This document shows positions 11,886-23,299 of a DNA stretch of 64,000 nucleotides, in pieces. Position 1 is the stretch's first letter. Each line of letters begins with the position of its first letter. The notes under the pieces were generated by a model, which ran no database searches, was not told the DNA's origin, and saw nothing but the letters and a program-made list of their open reading frames with translations. Both the position numbers and the translations under genes were made by a program. The stretch comes from Macrostomum lignano (taxonomy: Eukaryota): NCBI GenBank assembly GCA_002269645.1, contig NIVC01000728.1, positions 248,001 through 312,000 on the forward strand, given 5' to 3'.

Positions 11886-12351
11886 AATGGAGTGCTCACG
11901 CTCTCACCTGTGTGATCTCGCATTTACTTATGTACTTGTACCGTATCAACAAAAAATTTCACAGTTTTATTTTTGCACAGTTTTCGTCGATTCGCTGTTT
12001 TTCCTAGCACCTGCTTCACATACTGTGAGTTATATTTTACTTATAATTGTTTCAATTTTGTAACTGAACTGGAAGAAATATTGTTTGCATTGTTAGGGAA
12101 GAATACGACGTGTCAGTTACTATGCATGGACTACTGTCTACTACATGAAGTAGGTAAAAACTAGCCTTGTATTTTTCTTGCGTGATTTTCGCTTCTTTTA
12201 GACAGCAATGATAAGCCAAGCAAAAAAATACATTTAACACTTCCATCACGGCGTGTTTGACTGATTTTTTCCGAACTAGACACCACATGTTTACGCATGT
12301 ATTTCTTTTTTTGCAAACCTATCCATGAGAGCCAAAACCAAAAAGACCAAT

Positions 12352-13190
12352 GTTGAAGGATGAGTGCATTGTTTCGACAAGCGTTGAAGGATGAGTGCAT
12401 TGTTTCGACAAGCGTTGAAGGATGAGTGCATTGTTTCGACAAGCGTTGAAGGATGAGTGCATTGTTTCGACAAGCGTTGAAGGATGAGTGCATTGTTTCG
12501 ACAAGCGTTGAAGGATGAGTGCATTGTTTCGACAAGCGTTGAAGGATGAGTGCATTGTTTCGACAAGCGTTGAAAGATGAGTGCATTGTTTCGACAAGCG
12601 TTGAAAGATGAGTGCATTGTTTCGACAAGCGTTGAAAGATGAGTGCATTGTTTCGACAAGCGTTGAAGGATGAGTGCATTGTTTCGACAAGCGTTGAAGG
12701 ATGAGTGCATTGTTTCGACAAGCGTTGAAGGATGAGTGCATTGTTTCGACAAGCGTTGAAGGATGAGTGCATTGTTTCGACAAGCGTTGAAGGATGAGTG
12801 CATTGTTTCGACAAGCGTTGAAGGATGAGTCAAGGACAACTTAAGTTTAGTAAGAAATGAAAACCTGAATGGTTTACTACAACACACACAGTCCTGTGCT
12901 CTATTTGTAGCGGTCGAATCCTAGGCTTATGTACGTAGAACTTTATACGGCTTACGGGCCTCCAAAAAAATTTCCACGAAAGCTGAGTGTCGCGTCCTAT
13001 ATATAACGTAAGTAACTTCAGTTGTCCTTGGGATGAGTGCATTGTTGCAACAAGCGTTAAATGATGAGTGCATTATTGCGACAAGCGTTGAAGAATGAGT
13101 GCATTATTGCGACAAGCGTTGAAGGATGAGTGCATTATTGCGACAAGCGTTGAAGGATGAGTGCATTATTGCGACAAGCGTTGAAGGATT
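12352..13190. repeat. 31-bp minisatellite split by a MITE
   Basis: Unit GTTGAAGGATGAGTGCATTGTTTCGACAAGC left of 12831; variant ...GCATTATTGCGACAAGC right of 13030. Confidence 0.95.
12831..13030. mobile_element. 200-bp MITE (hAT- or P-like), 17-bp TIR, 8-bp TSD
   Basis: Left end CAAGGACAACTTAAGTT; right end AACTTCAGTTGTCCTTG (reverse complement, 1 mismatch). GGATGAGT flanks both sides (12823-12830 and 13031-13038). Confidence 0.88.
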
Positions 13191-13807
13191 ACTACTGAAG
13201 GCTGTGAGTCCATGAAATATCTATTTATAGTTATCGGCTATGTATTTATCCACACAAAAAAGTGCTCTGTTGTGACTATAGACAGGTGAAGCATATCAGA
13301 GAACCAAACACTAATTAGTAAATCAAAGCAGACTTTTATGTTCGACTTTGCTTGCCCTTATTGACACGAGAAACGCGCCGACTGATGGGAATCACGTGCA
13401 CTGCAACCGTGACATCAGAGAGGGTTTTGCAGAGTTTCCATGGTTACAACTTATTGACGGCTCTATCTCTTGTTACTTACGAGTAAAAGCAGTCGTGCGT
13501 GCCGCTTTCTACTCTTTGCCCTCATTTAGCAGTGCAGCCGGGTCTAACTCAATGCAATAATGAAGTCTTTTGAGCATAGACAGCAGCGTTGCACTCTCGG
13601 GATATACGCTCGTAACTACGCCTATAGCAGAACTGCGTTTAGTCCATGGCCAAAACTGACTCAAGCCTGACAGACGAAAGTGAAAATGATTAGGGGCGCT
13701 GCACTTCCCTCCCATCGACGAAGTTGCTGGGCGCACTCAGCCGGTCTGCTGGCAGGACTAAAAAAACAACAAGTACGCACGATTACCGACAGCCGACCAA
13801 ATTCACC

Positions 13808-14905
13808 ATGCCGAAGTTCGACGTCGATAAAATACACGTGAAGAGCATGAAAGTGTACTATGACAATTCCACGCAGACTAAAGTGTCCGAGAAGCCATTT
13901 CTAGTGCAGTACGAGAGCCAGCACTTCCGCTGCAAGACCACGCTAACACTAGAGGAGTCGGTGGCAAATAGTCACTGGACGGTTGGTCTCGTGCAGGCCT
14001 GCGACGGAATGTACCTGGAGAATAGGTACGGCAAATTCGGCAGCTCGCACTGGGAATTTCACCCTATGTCCGCCCGGAGACACAAAATGGTGAACGACAG
14101 CGACGGGCGGCAGTATCCGTTCTACAGCCTGACTACAAGCAAATGCGAGATACCGCGCGGCACCGTGGCGGAATCCGAGGTGCGCCTGCATTACAGCGAC
14201 CACTTCTACCCGACCGTCGCTTGGCAGCTGCCGTTCTGCGGCGGCGTGCACCTAACTGACGTCATACGCAAGCAGGACTTCTGGGTGTGGCTGGTCGCTC
14301 TGCGCAGACAACGGTCCAATAACGAACAATTCCACTTGGGCCGAGACGAATTATTCGTGCTGAAGACAATGCGCTGGCGCTACACAATGCATCTACAGTT
14401 TGATCCGCACCAGAGACTCGGCCGGCGACTCAAAGCCGTCATGGACGAACAGCCGGAGCTGCCGATAATCTGCGAAACCGATAAGTCGGTGCCGCTGTCC
14501 GCGATGCACCCGCCGCACTGCAACGCTGCCCAGTCGTTAATCTGGTATCCCCGAGTGCCTGGCGAGCGTCAGGAGCTGCTGGTGCCGCCGAAGCAGTCCA
14601 TCGTGCCGTGGGACGTCTGGGCCGACGAGATGCTGCCGACCGGGGACCGGGACCGTCTGCGCCGGCCGTCCAACCTGCGCATCTGCCCGCTCTGGTCGGA
14701 CGACTTCACCATCGGGGTCTACCGGCGAACCAGCCGGGCGGGCCTGGCCACCGCCGCCTCGGTAACCGGCCCCCTCGCCATCGCCTCGTCATCTTCGGCG
14801 GGCAATTCCGCCGGGCTGGTGACGGGCAACTCCAGCTCCGGCAGGACATTCTTAGCCCCGTTCGGTCCGCGCAGGAAGTCAAACAGCGTCAACAAGTTCA
14901 TCTGA
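13808..14905 (+). CDS. FAM78: FAM78 family protein, intronless
   Basis: Motifs W.VG.VQAC..M...N.YG..G.S.WE, SDSDGRQYPFY, DHFYPTVAW.LP, LT.V.R.Q.F..WLVA and PP.CN.AQ.L.W.P match FAM78A/B. First plausible ATG is at 13808. Confidence 0.88.
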   Translation: MPKFDVDKIHVKSMKVYYDNSTQTKVSEKPFLVQYESQHFRCKTTLTLEESVANSHWTVGLVQACDGMYLENRYGKFGSSHWEFHPMSARRHKMVNDSDGRQYPFYSLTTSKCEIPRGTVAESEVRLHYSDHFYPTVAWQLPFCGGVHLTDVIRKQDFWVWLVALRRQRSNNEQFHLGRDELFVLKTMRWRYTMHLQFDPHQRLGRRLKAVMDEQPELPIICETDKSVPLSAMHPPHCNAAQSLIWYPRVPGERQELLVPPKQSIVPWDVWADEMLPTGDRDRLRRPSNLRICPLWSDDFTIGVYRRTSRAGLATAASVTGPLAIASSSSAGNSAGLVTGNSSSGRTFLAPFGPRRKSNSVNKFI

Positions 14906-15426
14906 ATCCCGGATGAGCTCAGCCTCCTCCACGGCAACCCTCCCGTCTTTGTGTGACACTTTAATTATTTTGCTCATTTTGTGTTTTTAAAACCTAAACA
15001 ACTGCGAGACGAGTCTTATTTGCATTTCGCTATGGACTGATAGAATGGAATACAATAAAAAGAAGCCAATGACGGAAGAGAAATGCGCAACCGGTTATTT
15101 CATTGCAAGATAAAAAAATTGCTTCAACTTGGTTTGTCAACATGGGGCGCGCTCGACTTGAGAACTCGGCTCTCACGATTTACAAACTTCCTTATCTCTG
15201 CGTGACAGCTCAAATTTCATGGATATATTTTAGCTATAAAAGATCATTTGACAGAACAAATCCAGTGAACACGCACTCTAGTGAGATGACGCTTCTGATC
15301 AAAATATTATAGTTTTTAGGTGAAAAACATGCGTACCAAGATCCTAAGCCTCTAAAGTGTGTCTGTACAGCCATATCTTTAAATTTTATGGGGCATCGCC
15401 GTTAGTGTGTAATAGGTAGCTGTAGC

Positions 15427-16568
15427 TCTGTAGCTGGCATAGCATCCCATCTCTGTAGCTGGCATAGCATCCCATCTCTGTAGCTGGCATAGCATCCCAT
15501 CTCTGTAGCTGGCATAGCATCCCATCTCTGTAGCTGGCATAGCATCCCATCTCTGTAGCTGGCATAGCATCCCATCTCTGTAGCTGGCATAGCATCCCAT
15601 CTCTGTAGCTGGCATAGCATCCCATCTCTGTAGCTGGCATAGCATCCCATCTCTGTAGCTGGCATAGCATCCCATCTCTGTAGCTGGCATAGCATCCCAT
15701 CTCTGTAGCTGGCATAGCATCCCATCTCTGTAGCTGGCATAGCATCCCATCTCTGTAGCTGGCATAGCATCCCATCTCTGTAGCTGGCATAGCATCCCAT
15801 CTCTGTAGCTGGCATAGCATCCCATCTCTGTAGCTGGCATAGCATCCCATCTCTGTAGCTGGCATAGCATCCCATCTCTGTAGCTGGCATAGCATCCCAT
15901 CTCTGTAGCTGGCATAGCATCCCATCTCTGTAGCTGGCATAGCATCCCATCTCTGTAGCTGGCATAGCATCCCATCTCTGTAGCTGGCATAGCATCCCAT
16001 CTCTGTAGCTGGCATAGCATCCCATCTCTGTAGCTGGCATAGCATCCCATCTCTGTAGCTGGCATAGCATCCCATCTCTGTAGCTGGCATAGCATCCCAT
16101 CTCTGTAGCTGGCATAGCATCCCATCTCTGTAGCTGGCATAGCATCCCATCTCTGTAGCTGGCATAGCATCCTATCTCTGTAGCTGGCATAGCGCCACAT
16201 CTGTAGCTGGCATAGCGCCACATCTGTAGCTGGCATAGCGCCACATCTGTAGCTGGCATAGCGCCACATCTGTAGCTGGCATAGCGCCACATCTGTAGCT
16301 GGCATAGCGCCACATCTGTAGCTGGCATAGCATCCCATCTCTGTAGCTGGCATAGCATCCCATCTCTGTAGCTGGCATAGCATCCCATCTCTGTAGCTGG
16401 CATAGCATCCCATCTCTGTAGCTGGCATAGCATCCCATCTCTGTAGCTGGCATAGCATCCCATCTCTGTAGCTGGCATAGCGCCACATCTGTAGCTGGCA
16501 TAGCGCCACATCTGTAGCTGGCATAGCGCCACATCTGTAGCTGGCATAGCGCCACATCTGTAGCTGGC
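15427..16568. repeat. 25-bp/23-bp two-variant minisatellite
   Basis: TCTGTAGCTGGCATAGCATCCCATC and TCTGTAGCTGGCATAGCGCCACA units in alternating blocks. Confidence 0.95.
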
Positions 16569-17179
16569 ACCCTTCTCTCTGTGCTGCGGTGCAGAGAGCA
16601 AAAAACATTTTTCTCAAAAGTGTCGCCAAACGGTAACGAACTGCGCCTCTAAATGAACAGATTAGAGAGATTAGGCGATAAGCTCATAATCTCAGTATCC
16701 AAGCAAGGCAGGGGATTAGCAGGCCCGCGACCAGCTAGTGAGTTGAGTAAAGCTCCTTTAGTCTGTCAGACAAAAAATTTATGCAACACAAGAAAATTTT
16801 CCAATGGCAGGGAAAAGGGCGCATGTATAAACGCACTTGAACAGAGGCATTGGAAACAGTCCCTAGATTTTCTTGTGTCTCACATCTGGTACTCGTATAA
16901 TCTCCATCGAAATTTGAAACCCAAATACATTGGGGCTTCAAAACCGAGCTCTCATATCTCCAGTCGATAGGGAAAAAATCCCCAAAAAACGCATTCAAAT
17001 CGCAGGTAGGAGACGTAACGACACAGCTGGGAGTTTCTTGCTGTAAATAAAAAATTAATGAGCGCTGCTAAACCTAGGGTAAAACAGACACATGCTTGAA
17101 TGTGACGAGCCCAAGCAGGACGGCTGAGCTTGAATGCACAGTTCATCAAGGGGAGTCGCAGAGTTGAGAGTCCTTGTTG

Positions 17180-17359
<180 letters not shown>

Positions 17360-18414
17360 CTAACCAGGCAAACTTAGTTACTATAGTTAGTTAGTTAGGT
17401 CTGGGTTTCTCGTCACCTCACTCTGTTGCCATACTGGATTGTCCCTCACGGACGTAAATCAGGCCGATCGCAAACACTAAATTAACGTGACTAAGCGCGC
17501 ACTTAAAAGCCTGTAACTGTGGCGCGAGAGTTGGCTGGTGTTTCCGGCTCGCACGAAATAATTTATTCAGTTCGAAAATGTGTCACCAATTTCTAGAAAT
17601 CGAACGCTTCTGTTAAAAAAATTATTAAGTATTTTTCACTTCGAAAATAGCGATTATTGAGCGACCTCTAGTTGTAAAAAAAGCAGTTCCAGATTCTCTT
17701 CAGTAGTCCCTGGCCCATCCCGAGAGCATTTTGTAGCATTTTATTGCCTCATTCGACTGTCTCGCACGCGTCCCGGGATCCCGGGAGAGAGAGAGAGCTG
17801 GGCAGTTCGAAATCTGTCGAATAGTCAGATGGACGTTTTTTTTCTCTTTGCAGAAGCGAGTCCCAGTGTCTTTGTATTGGAGAGCATTTCCTGTGATTTT
17901 CTTCACGTCACCAACTGCAGGCGGTTGGGTTCTGGCCCGCAGGCCCTGCGGCAAGTCGCCCGGCTGAGCAGTGCGCCAGTGGAGCACGTCTCGGTTTCAT
18001 CAAGCTTGGCAAAATCTTTAAAAGAACAGCCGGCTGACATTTTGTGCAACTTTTTTTGCGCAAGCATTGGCAACCATCACTACCTTATGATTTTATTCAT
18101 GACAAATTTTGTTTCCAAAATTTTTAACTTGTACTCGAATATTGAAAAATTGAAGTATTGATCGCCAAAATTGACGGGGTCTTTTAGGCGATATGAATTT
18201 TTGTTTTCGTTTAGGCAACATTATACTTATATTGTGTGGCTACAAAAGGGCAACTTGTGCTTTATCTGTCTCGTATTTCTACTAGGAGCAGATGTAGCAG
18301 CAATTATTTAGAAATTCACCTTGGAAAACTTTTGATGCCTCCATTTCTCTTAGGGCTCCTTTGTGAGCCTGGAGTGAAATGGGTGTTAGCCATCCACCCC
18401 TCCTTGCGATGTAC

Positions 18415-19210
18415 TTTGTGCCGCCTTTGTGCGCCGTCCTCTATACTTCTCAGTGGGGTGGGGTGGGGTGGGGGTTTGCTCACCCGCTTTTTTATCTGCG
18501 CGCCGCCCTCTATACTTCTCCGTGGGGTGGGGTGGGGTGGGGGTTTGCTCACTTGCTTTTTATCTGCGCGCCGCCCTCTATACTTCTCCGTGGGGTGGGG
18601 TGGGGTGGGGGTTTGCTCACCCGCTTTTTATCTGCGCGCCGCCCTCTATACTTCTCCGTGGGGTGGGGGGTTTGCTCACCCGCTTTTTATCTGCACGCCG
18701 CCCTCTATACTTCTCCGTGGGGTGGGGGGTTTGCTCACCCGCTTTTTTATCTGCGCGCCGCCCTCTATACTTCTCCGTGGGGTGGGGTGGGGTGGGGGTT
18801 TGCTCACCCGCTTTTTATCTGCGCGCCGCCCTCTATACTTCTCCGTGGGGTGGGGGGTTTGCTCACCCGCTTTTTTATCTGCGCGCCGCCCTCTATACTT
18901 CTCCGTGAGGTGGGGTGGGGGTGGGGGTTTGCTCACCCGCTCTTTATCTGCGCGCCGCCCTTTATACTTCTCCGTGGGGTGGGGGGTTTGCTCACCCGCT
19001 TTTTTATCTGCGCGCTGCCCTCTATACTTCTCCGTGGGGTGGGGGGTTTGCTCACCCGCTTTTTTATCTGCGCGCCGCCGTCTATACTTCTCCGTGGGGT
19101 GGGGTGGGGTGGGGGTTTGCTCACCCGCTTTTTATCTGCGCGCCGCCCTCTATACTTCTCCGTGGTGTGGGGGTTTGCTCACCCGCTTTTTATATGCGCG
19201 CCGCCCTCTG
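18415..19210. repeat. About 52-63 bp G-tract minisatellite
   Basis: Unit TTTTATCTGCGCGCCGCCCTCTATACTTCTCCGT(GGGGT)nGGGGTTTGCTCACCCGC. Confidence 0.93.
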
Positions 19211-19314
19211 TGCCACGTCGCTCCTGCCGGAACTTATCGTTTCTACGGGGTCGTTTTCCCAAACTCTCGCGCTGCTTCGGCCATAGACATTGCCTGCCTG
19301 CTGTTCGTCCTCCT

Positions 19315-19385
19315 TGCTGCTGGGGTGTGATTGGTTAAAACCCAGTTCGAGAATAGAGTTACCCGGGTTCGACTCCCGGAGCTTG
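19315..19385 (+). other. Degenerate tRNA-like sequence (pseudo-tRNA or SINE head)
   Basis: Perfect T-arm/B-box CCGGG-TTCGACT-CCCGG and an upstream D-loop-like GTGTGATTGGTTAA. Acceptor and anticodon stems pair poorly. Confidence 0.35.
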
Positions 19386-20055
19386 TCGCGCGATGAACTC
19401 TCCTGATTGTCAATCTCCAAATAAATGTGGGTACGCACGGAATCGAACCAAGGATCACTGACGCGCGAGTCTCTGAACTGAAAAAGTAAGCAAGCGCGAA
19501 AGTCGCAGCTGAGCAGTAGCGTGCTTGAGGCAAAAAAGCCAGATAGAAACCGTTGGGATCATCAGAATTAGGAGCCGTTCAATGCTTGATTTGCTTGCGT
19601 GCCTAGCGACACAGCTTTTTAATCTTTTGAATTTTGTCCCAAATCAAAATTGATACAGAGGGATCTGGCAGTCAATAGTCAGGTGATTTTTTTCTCTTTT
19701 AACTTCATCCACCATCTCACATTGGCTTGACTGACTTTCCCTAAATTTACGTATTTTTCGAACTCTGAAAAGAAAAAATTAATCTTAATAACTAGAATTA
19801 ATTTGAATTTCCAAGATTAAAACTGACATGCAACATGAAGTTACTGATTAATTTTGATAGCTGTTTTTTGCAAAGTTCATCATGTCTTTTAGACTATCAC
19901 ATAATTACTATCGATTTTCTCCGAAATATTCTCTCCAAGTGGTTGAGAAAACTGCATGGCAACTGGATGGCAGCATCATATTGCTACACTTCAACTAAAT
20001 AATCTGGCTAATAAAACTGCTGTGCTTACTAATGCTTGAGTTATTGAAATGCAGG

Positions 20056-20333
20056 AGGCTGTGTGCACCCTGGCGCGCTTTAAGCGACATTGTCACACAA
20101 CCGGCGAGAGGCATTGCTGCCCATTCCGCCGACTCCCCTGAGCAGGCACACACCCACACAGGAGTGTACAGCAGCCCTAACTTTATATTATCGTTAGGCA
20201 TGTACACTTCACCTCAAGGCCGTTAATTGCACGAGCAGAGCCAAGCTGAGATTCCAATTTAGCAGCCCCAAACTAATGTGACTGCACTTGGAATCGAGCC
20301 TGGGTTGCTGGCACATCAGAGCACTGGACTAGC
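20056..20333 (-). mobile_element. tRNA-headed SINE-like dispersed repeat, copy 2 (5' end clipped next to a TTAG run)
   Basis: Reverse complement of 980-1305 with substitutions and deletions; B-box-like GGCTCGATTCC. Confidence 0.6.
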
Positions 20334-20937
20334 AAGTTAGTTAGTTAGAACTCCAGACGATACCCTTTCTGAGCGAATGGACTCTAGCAAATTTCCAATA
20401 GCAGTGAAAAGCCTGAGCTGACAAATGGAAGTCAGCTGAGCTCTGATTGGTCAGCTCGCAGTCCTGATAAATCTATATGTTGGGAGTGCAGAGATAAGCC
20501 CGTTGTGCTCAAGGCAGCCGCAACTCCATAAGAGCAGAGCTGAACCTGGTAAGAAATTGATTAAAATCTTCAACAGAAGCCAATCGGAACTCCAATTAGT
20601 AAGTTTTCTGTTTTCTAATTCTAAATAATTTCCTTCATAAGCTGCATAATACGGGAGTAATAAAGCAATTTCCAAATTTTGTATCAATCCTCAAGGCTTC
20701 CGCTACTCAGTCAAGAACTAATTGAAGTCCCTGTCAAAAAACCTAGATAGCAGCTGCAGCCGGATACCGCAGGCTGTGCCTCACAGAAATTTTCCTTTTT
20801 TCTTTTAATGAGCTTGCCGTTGCACCCATCGGCCCCTTGGGGATAATTATTGAGAGATTTTTTTCAAATGAAAGTCTGATAGGGAAGATGGCTAAAATCT
20901 TCAGATTTTTTGGTGATTTAAGGTTGCCTTTGCCTCG

Positions 20938-21230
20938 CATCCTCAGGTTGGGAAATAAATTCACCTCAGATCCTCAGGTTGGAAAATAAATTCACCTCAG
21001 ATCCTCAGATTGGGAAATAAATTCTTCCCAGATCCTCAGGTTGGGAAATAAATTCTCCTCAGATCCTCAGGTTGGGAAATAAATTCTCCTCAGATCCTCA
21101 GGTTGGGAAATAAATTCACCTCAGATCCTCAGATTGGGAAATAAATTCTTCCCAGATCCTCAGGCTGGGGAATAAATTCACCTTAAGTCCTCAGGTTGGG
21201 GAATTATCTCCACCTTGAATCCTCAGGTGG
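20938..21230. repeat. 31-bp minisatellite immediately upstream of the GPCR
   Basis: Repeated CCTCAGGTTGGGAAATAAATTCACCTCAGAT. Confidence 0.9.
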
Positions 21231-21323
21231 GAAAACGACTGCTAACTATGATGCTTGAATAATGATACCAAGCAACGCAAATTAAAACACGCAGGAAAAT
21301 CTCCCCACACTGAACTCAGAGCC

Positions 21324-23144
21324 ATGGCCAACTGGACCTCTGTTCACCCCGACCTGTACAAAATCCACCTGGCCGAACTGATCGAAAGACGTCGAGCTGA
21401 AAATCGGATGCCAAATTCGCTACTGATTTGCATCACAGTCTGCCTGTGCTTGATCTCCCTGCTAGGCATTTTTGGCAACAGTCTGGTCATTGTGTTCTTC
21501 CACCGCAGCCTCCGCGACCTGCCTCAGAATGTCTACGTGATCGCCCTGGCGGTGCTGGACCTGCTGGTATGCGCTGTGGTCATCCCGTCGACTCTCTACC
21601 AGGACGTCTGGCACAGGTCTAGCTCGGAGCTATGCTGCAAACTTTTCCACATCCTTCGCTATTCGTTGGTGCCATCGTCGGCTTTTCTGCTCTGCCTCAT
21701 CGCTGTGGACCGGTTCGTCATCATCTGCTTCGTGCCCGGCGTGCAGACCGGCCGGCGCAGCTCCCTGGCCTACGTGGCCTTGGCGGTGGGTCTCGGCTGC
21801 GCTGTCGGTGTACCGGGCGGCCTCACAACTGGCACCAGGATGCGCATTGAACTGGCCGACGGCGGCGTGGAGCTGCCCGTGGCCTACTGCACCACCGACA
21901 ACCAGCTGGTGAGCACCCCGGTGATGCAGGCGTACAAGACCGGCCTCTCTGTGCTGTTCGCCTGCGCTCTGCTGCTGCTGCTGTTCTTCTACGCCAACAT
22001 TTTTGCATTTGTGCGGCGCCGGCAGCACCGGTGGGCCCGGTCGCGCTCCTGGGTGGCCCACGCCGGCAGCCGGAGCCGGAGCAAGAGCAGGTGCAAGGCG
22101 GCCCGGATGTCTAGCGGCGACTGCCCAGTTGAGCACTCGATCGGATCGAAAGCGGGCCGCTGCTCAGCTGAGCTCAGCTGCGGCGGTGCCTGCAGCAGAG
22201 GCGGCCAAAAAAAGCGACGCGTTGTCCGGCGCCTGTCGTCGCGCGCTGAAGAGACGGAGGTGACCACCTGCGCCGGTGTGGAGCTCATGAGTCACCATGG
22301 AGGCGCGTCGGCCGTGGCCGCGGCGCTGGCAGTCCTTAACGGCGCCGACGCTTCCGCGTCAGCAGGTGTGTCGGACTGCTGCCTGGAGACTAACATTGAT
22401 GAAGTGCTGATGCTGACTGCTCCAACTAATGATGGAGCGGCTGAGTCGCTAGTAGCTGGGAAGGTCCCAGCCGAGGAGGCTGGACTAGTTAAAGATGAGG
22501 CTGACACCGGACCGGGCTCAGACAGGATTGTTGAGGAGGAGGACGCAGCTGAAGCCGCCGACCCGGCCGCAGTGCAAGAGGAGGTGAAGCAGCGCCGCCT
22601 GTCGAAGCAGCAGCAGCAGCAGCAGCCGCAGCGCCGTTCCTGGACCTCAGCGCGCGACAACTCAATCGGGTCCGTGCAGCTGGCGCAGGCGCGCCGCGAT
22701 CTGGCCGAACGGGCGCGCAAACGGCCGCATATTAAAACCGCTAAAGTGCTGAGCGTCATCACGTTCTTCTACGTGTTATCTTACCTGCCATTTCTGCTCG
22801 TGTACAATGCTCACTGGGGCCCCGGCTGGGATGCCGACAGCTCAGGGCCTGTAGTGGCCGCTAGCAACAACAGCAGCAGCGGCTGGCCCAGCCCCAGCTG
22901 GCCCGGCTCCGGCAGAATCCAGATTTTATCAACTTCCGCCGGAAATTTCACCTCTAAACTTGAAGTTGACAAGTTCTCGAATTGGAGCAACAGGCTCAAG
23001 GATATCATTGTTAATATCATATTTTATTGCTATTTTATTAATCACGGCGTTAATCCAATCATCTACGGCTGCATGAACACCTACTTCAAGCAGCAGGTGT
23101 ACAGCCTATGCAACTCTATGGGCGGTCGGTGCCAGCACCCGTGA
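21324..23144 (+). CDS. Class A (rhodopsin-like) GPCR, probably a peptide receptor, intronless
   Basis: TM1 GIFGNSLV, TM2 LAVLDLLVC..VIP, TM3 IAVDRF (DRY-like), TM6 FYVLSYLPF, TM7 NPIIY. Very long ICL3. First good ATG at 21324 (GCCATGG). Confidence 0.92.
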   Translation: MANWTSVHPDLYKIHLAELIERRRAENRMPNSLLICITVCLCLISLLGIFGNSLVIVFFHRSLRDLPQNVYVIALAVLDLLVCAVVIPSTLYQDVWHRSSSELCCKLFHILRYSLVPSSAFLLCLIAVDRFVIICFVPGVQTGRRSSLAYVALAVGLGCAVGVPGGLTTGTRMRIELADGGVELPVAYCTTDNQLVSTPVMQAYKTGLSVLFACALLLLLFFYANIFAFVRRRQHRWARSRSWVAHAGSRSRSKSRCKAARMSSGDCPVEHSIGSKAGRCSAELSCGGACSRGGQKKRRVVRRLSSRAEETEVTTCAGVELMSHHGGASAVAAALAVLNGADASASAGVSDCCLETNIDEVLMLTAPTNDGAAESLVAGKVPAEEAGLVKDEADTGPGSDRIVEEEDAAEAADPAAVQEEVKQRRLSKQQQQQQPQRRSWTSARDNSIGSVQLAQARRDLAERARKRPHIKTAKVLSVITFFYVLSYLPFLLVYNAHWGPGWDADSSGPVVAASNNSSSGWPSPSWPGSGRIQILSTSAGNFTSKLEVDKFSNWSNRLKDIIVNIIFYCYFINHGVNPIIYGCMNTYFKQQVYSLCNSMGGRCQHP

Positions 23145-23299
23145 CTGTCAGCTGACAGATTCGGCCCCGTCAAATAACTATGAAAGACCCGATCAATTTG
23201 TTTAATAAACTTCTTTAAAATACCAGCTCTATTACCCAAACAATATGCAATGTACAAGCAATCATTTGCTATCAGCTGCTATCGCTAGAGATGTTTTTA

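Noticed and set aside
12352-13190. 31-bp direct repeats with an internal unique segment, superficially CRISPR-like
   Set aside because: Units abut with no spacers, the single insert is a TIR/TSD-bounded MITE, there are no cas genes, and the context is eukaryotic.
13724-13807. Upstream TTG-initiated extension of FAM78
   Set aside because: No homology in the extension; the ATG at 13808 has good context.
15379-16629. Long ORFs (up to 416 aa) on the minus strand
   Set aside because: Translations of a stop-free minisatellite, open in several frames.
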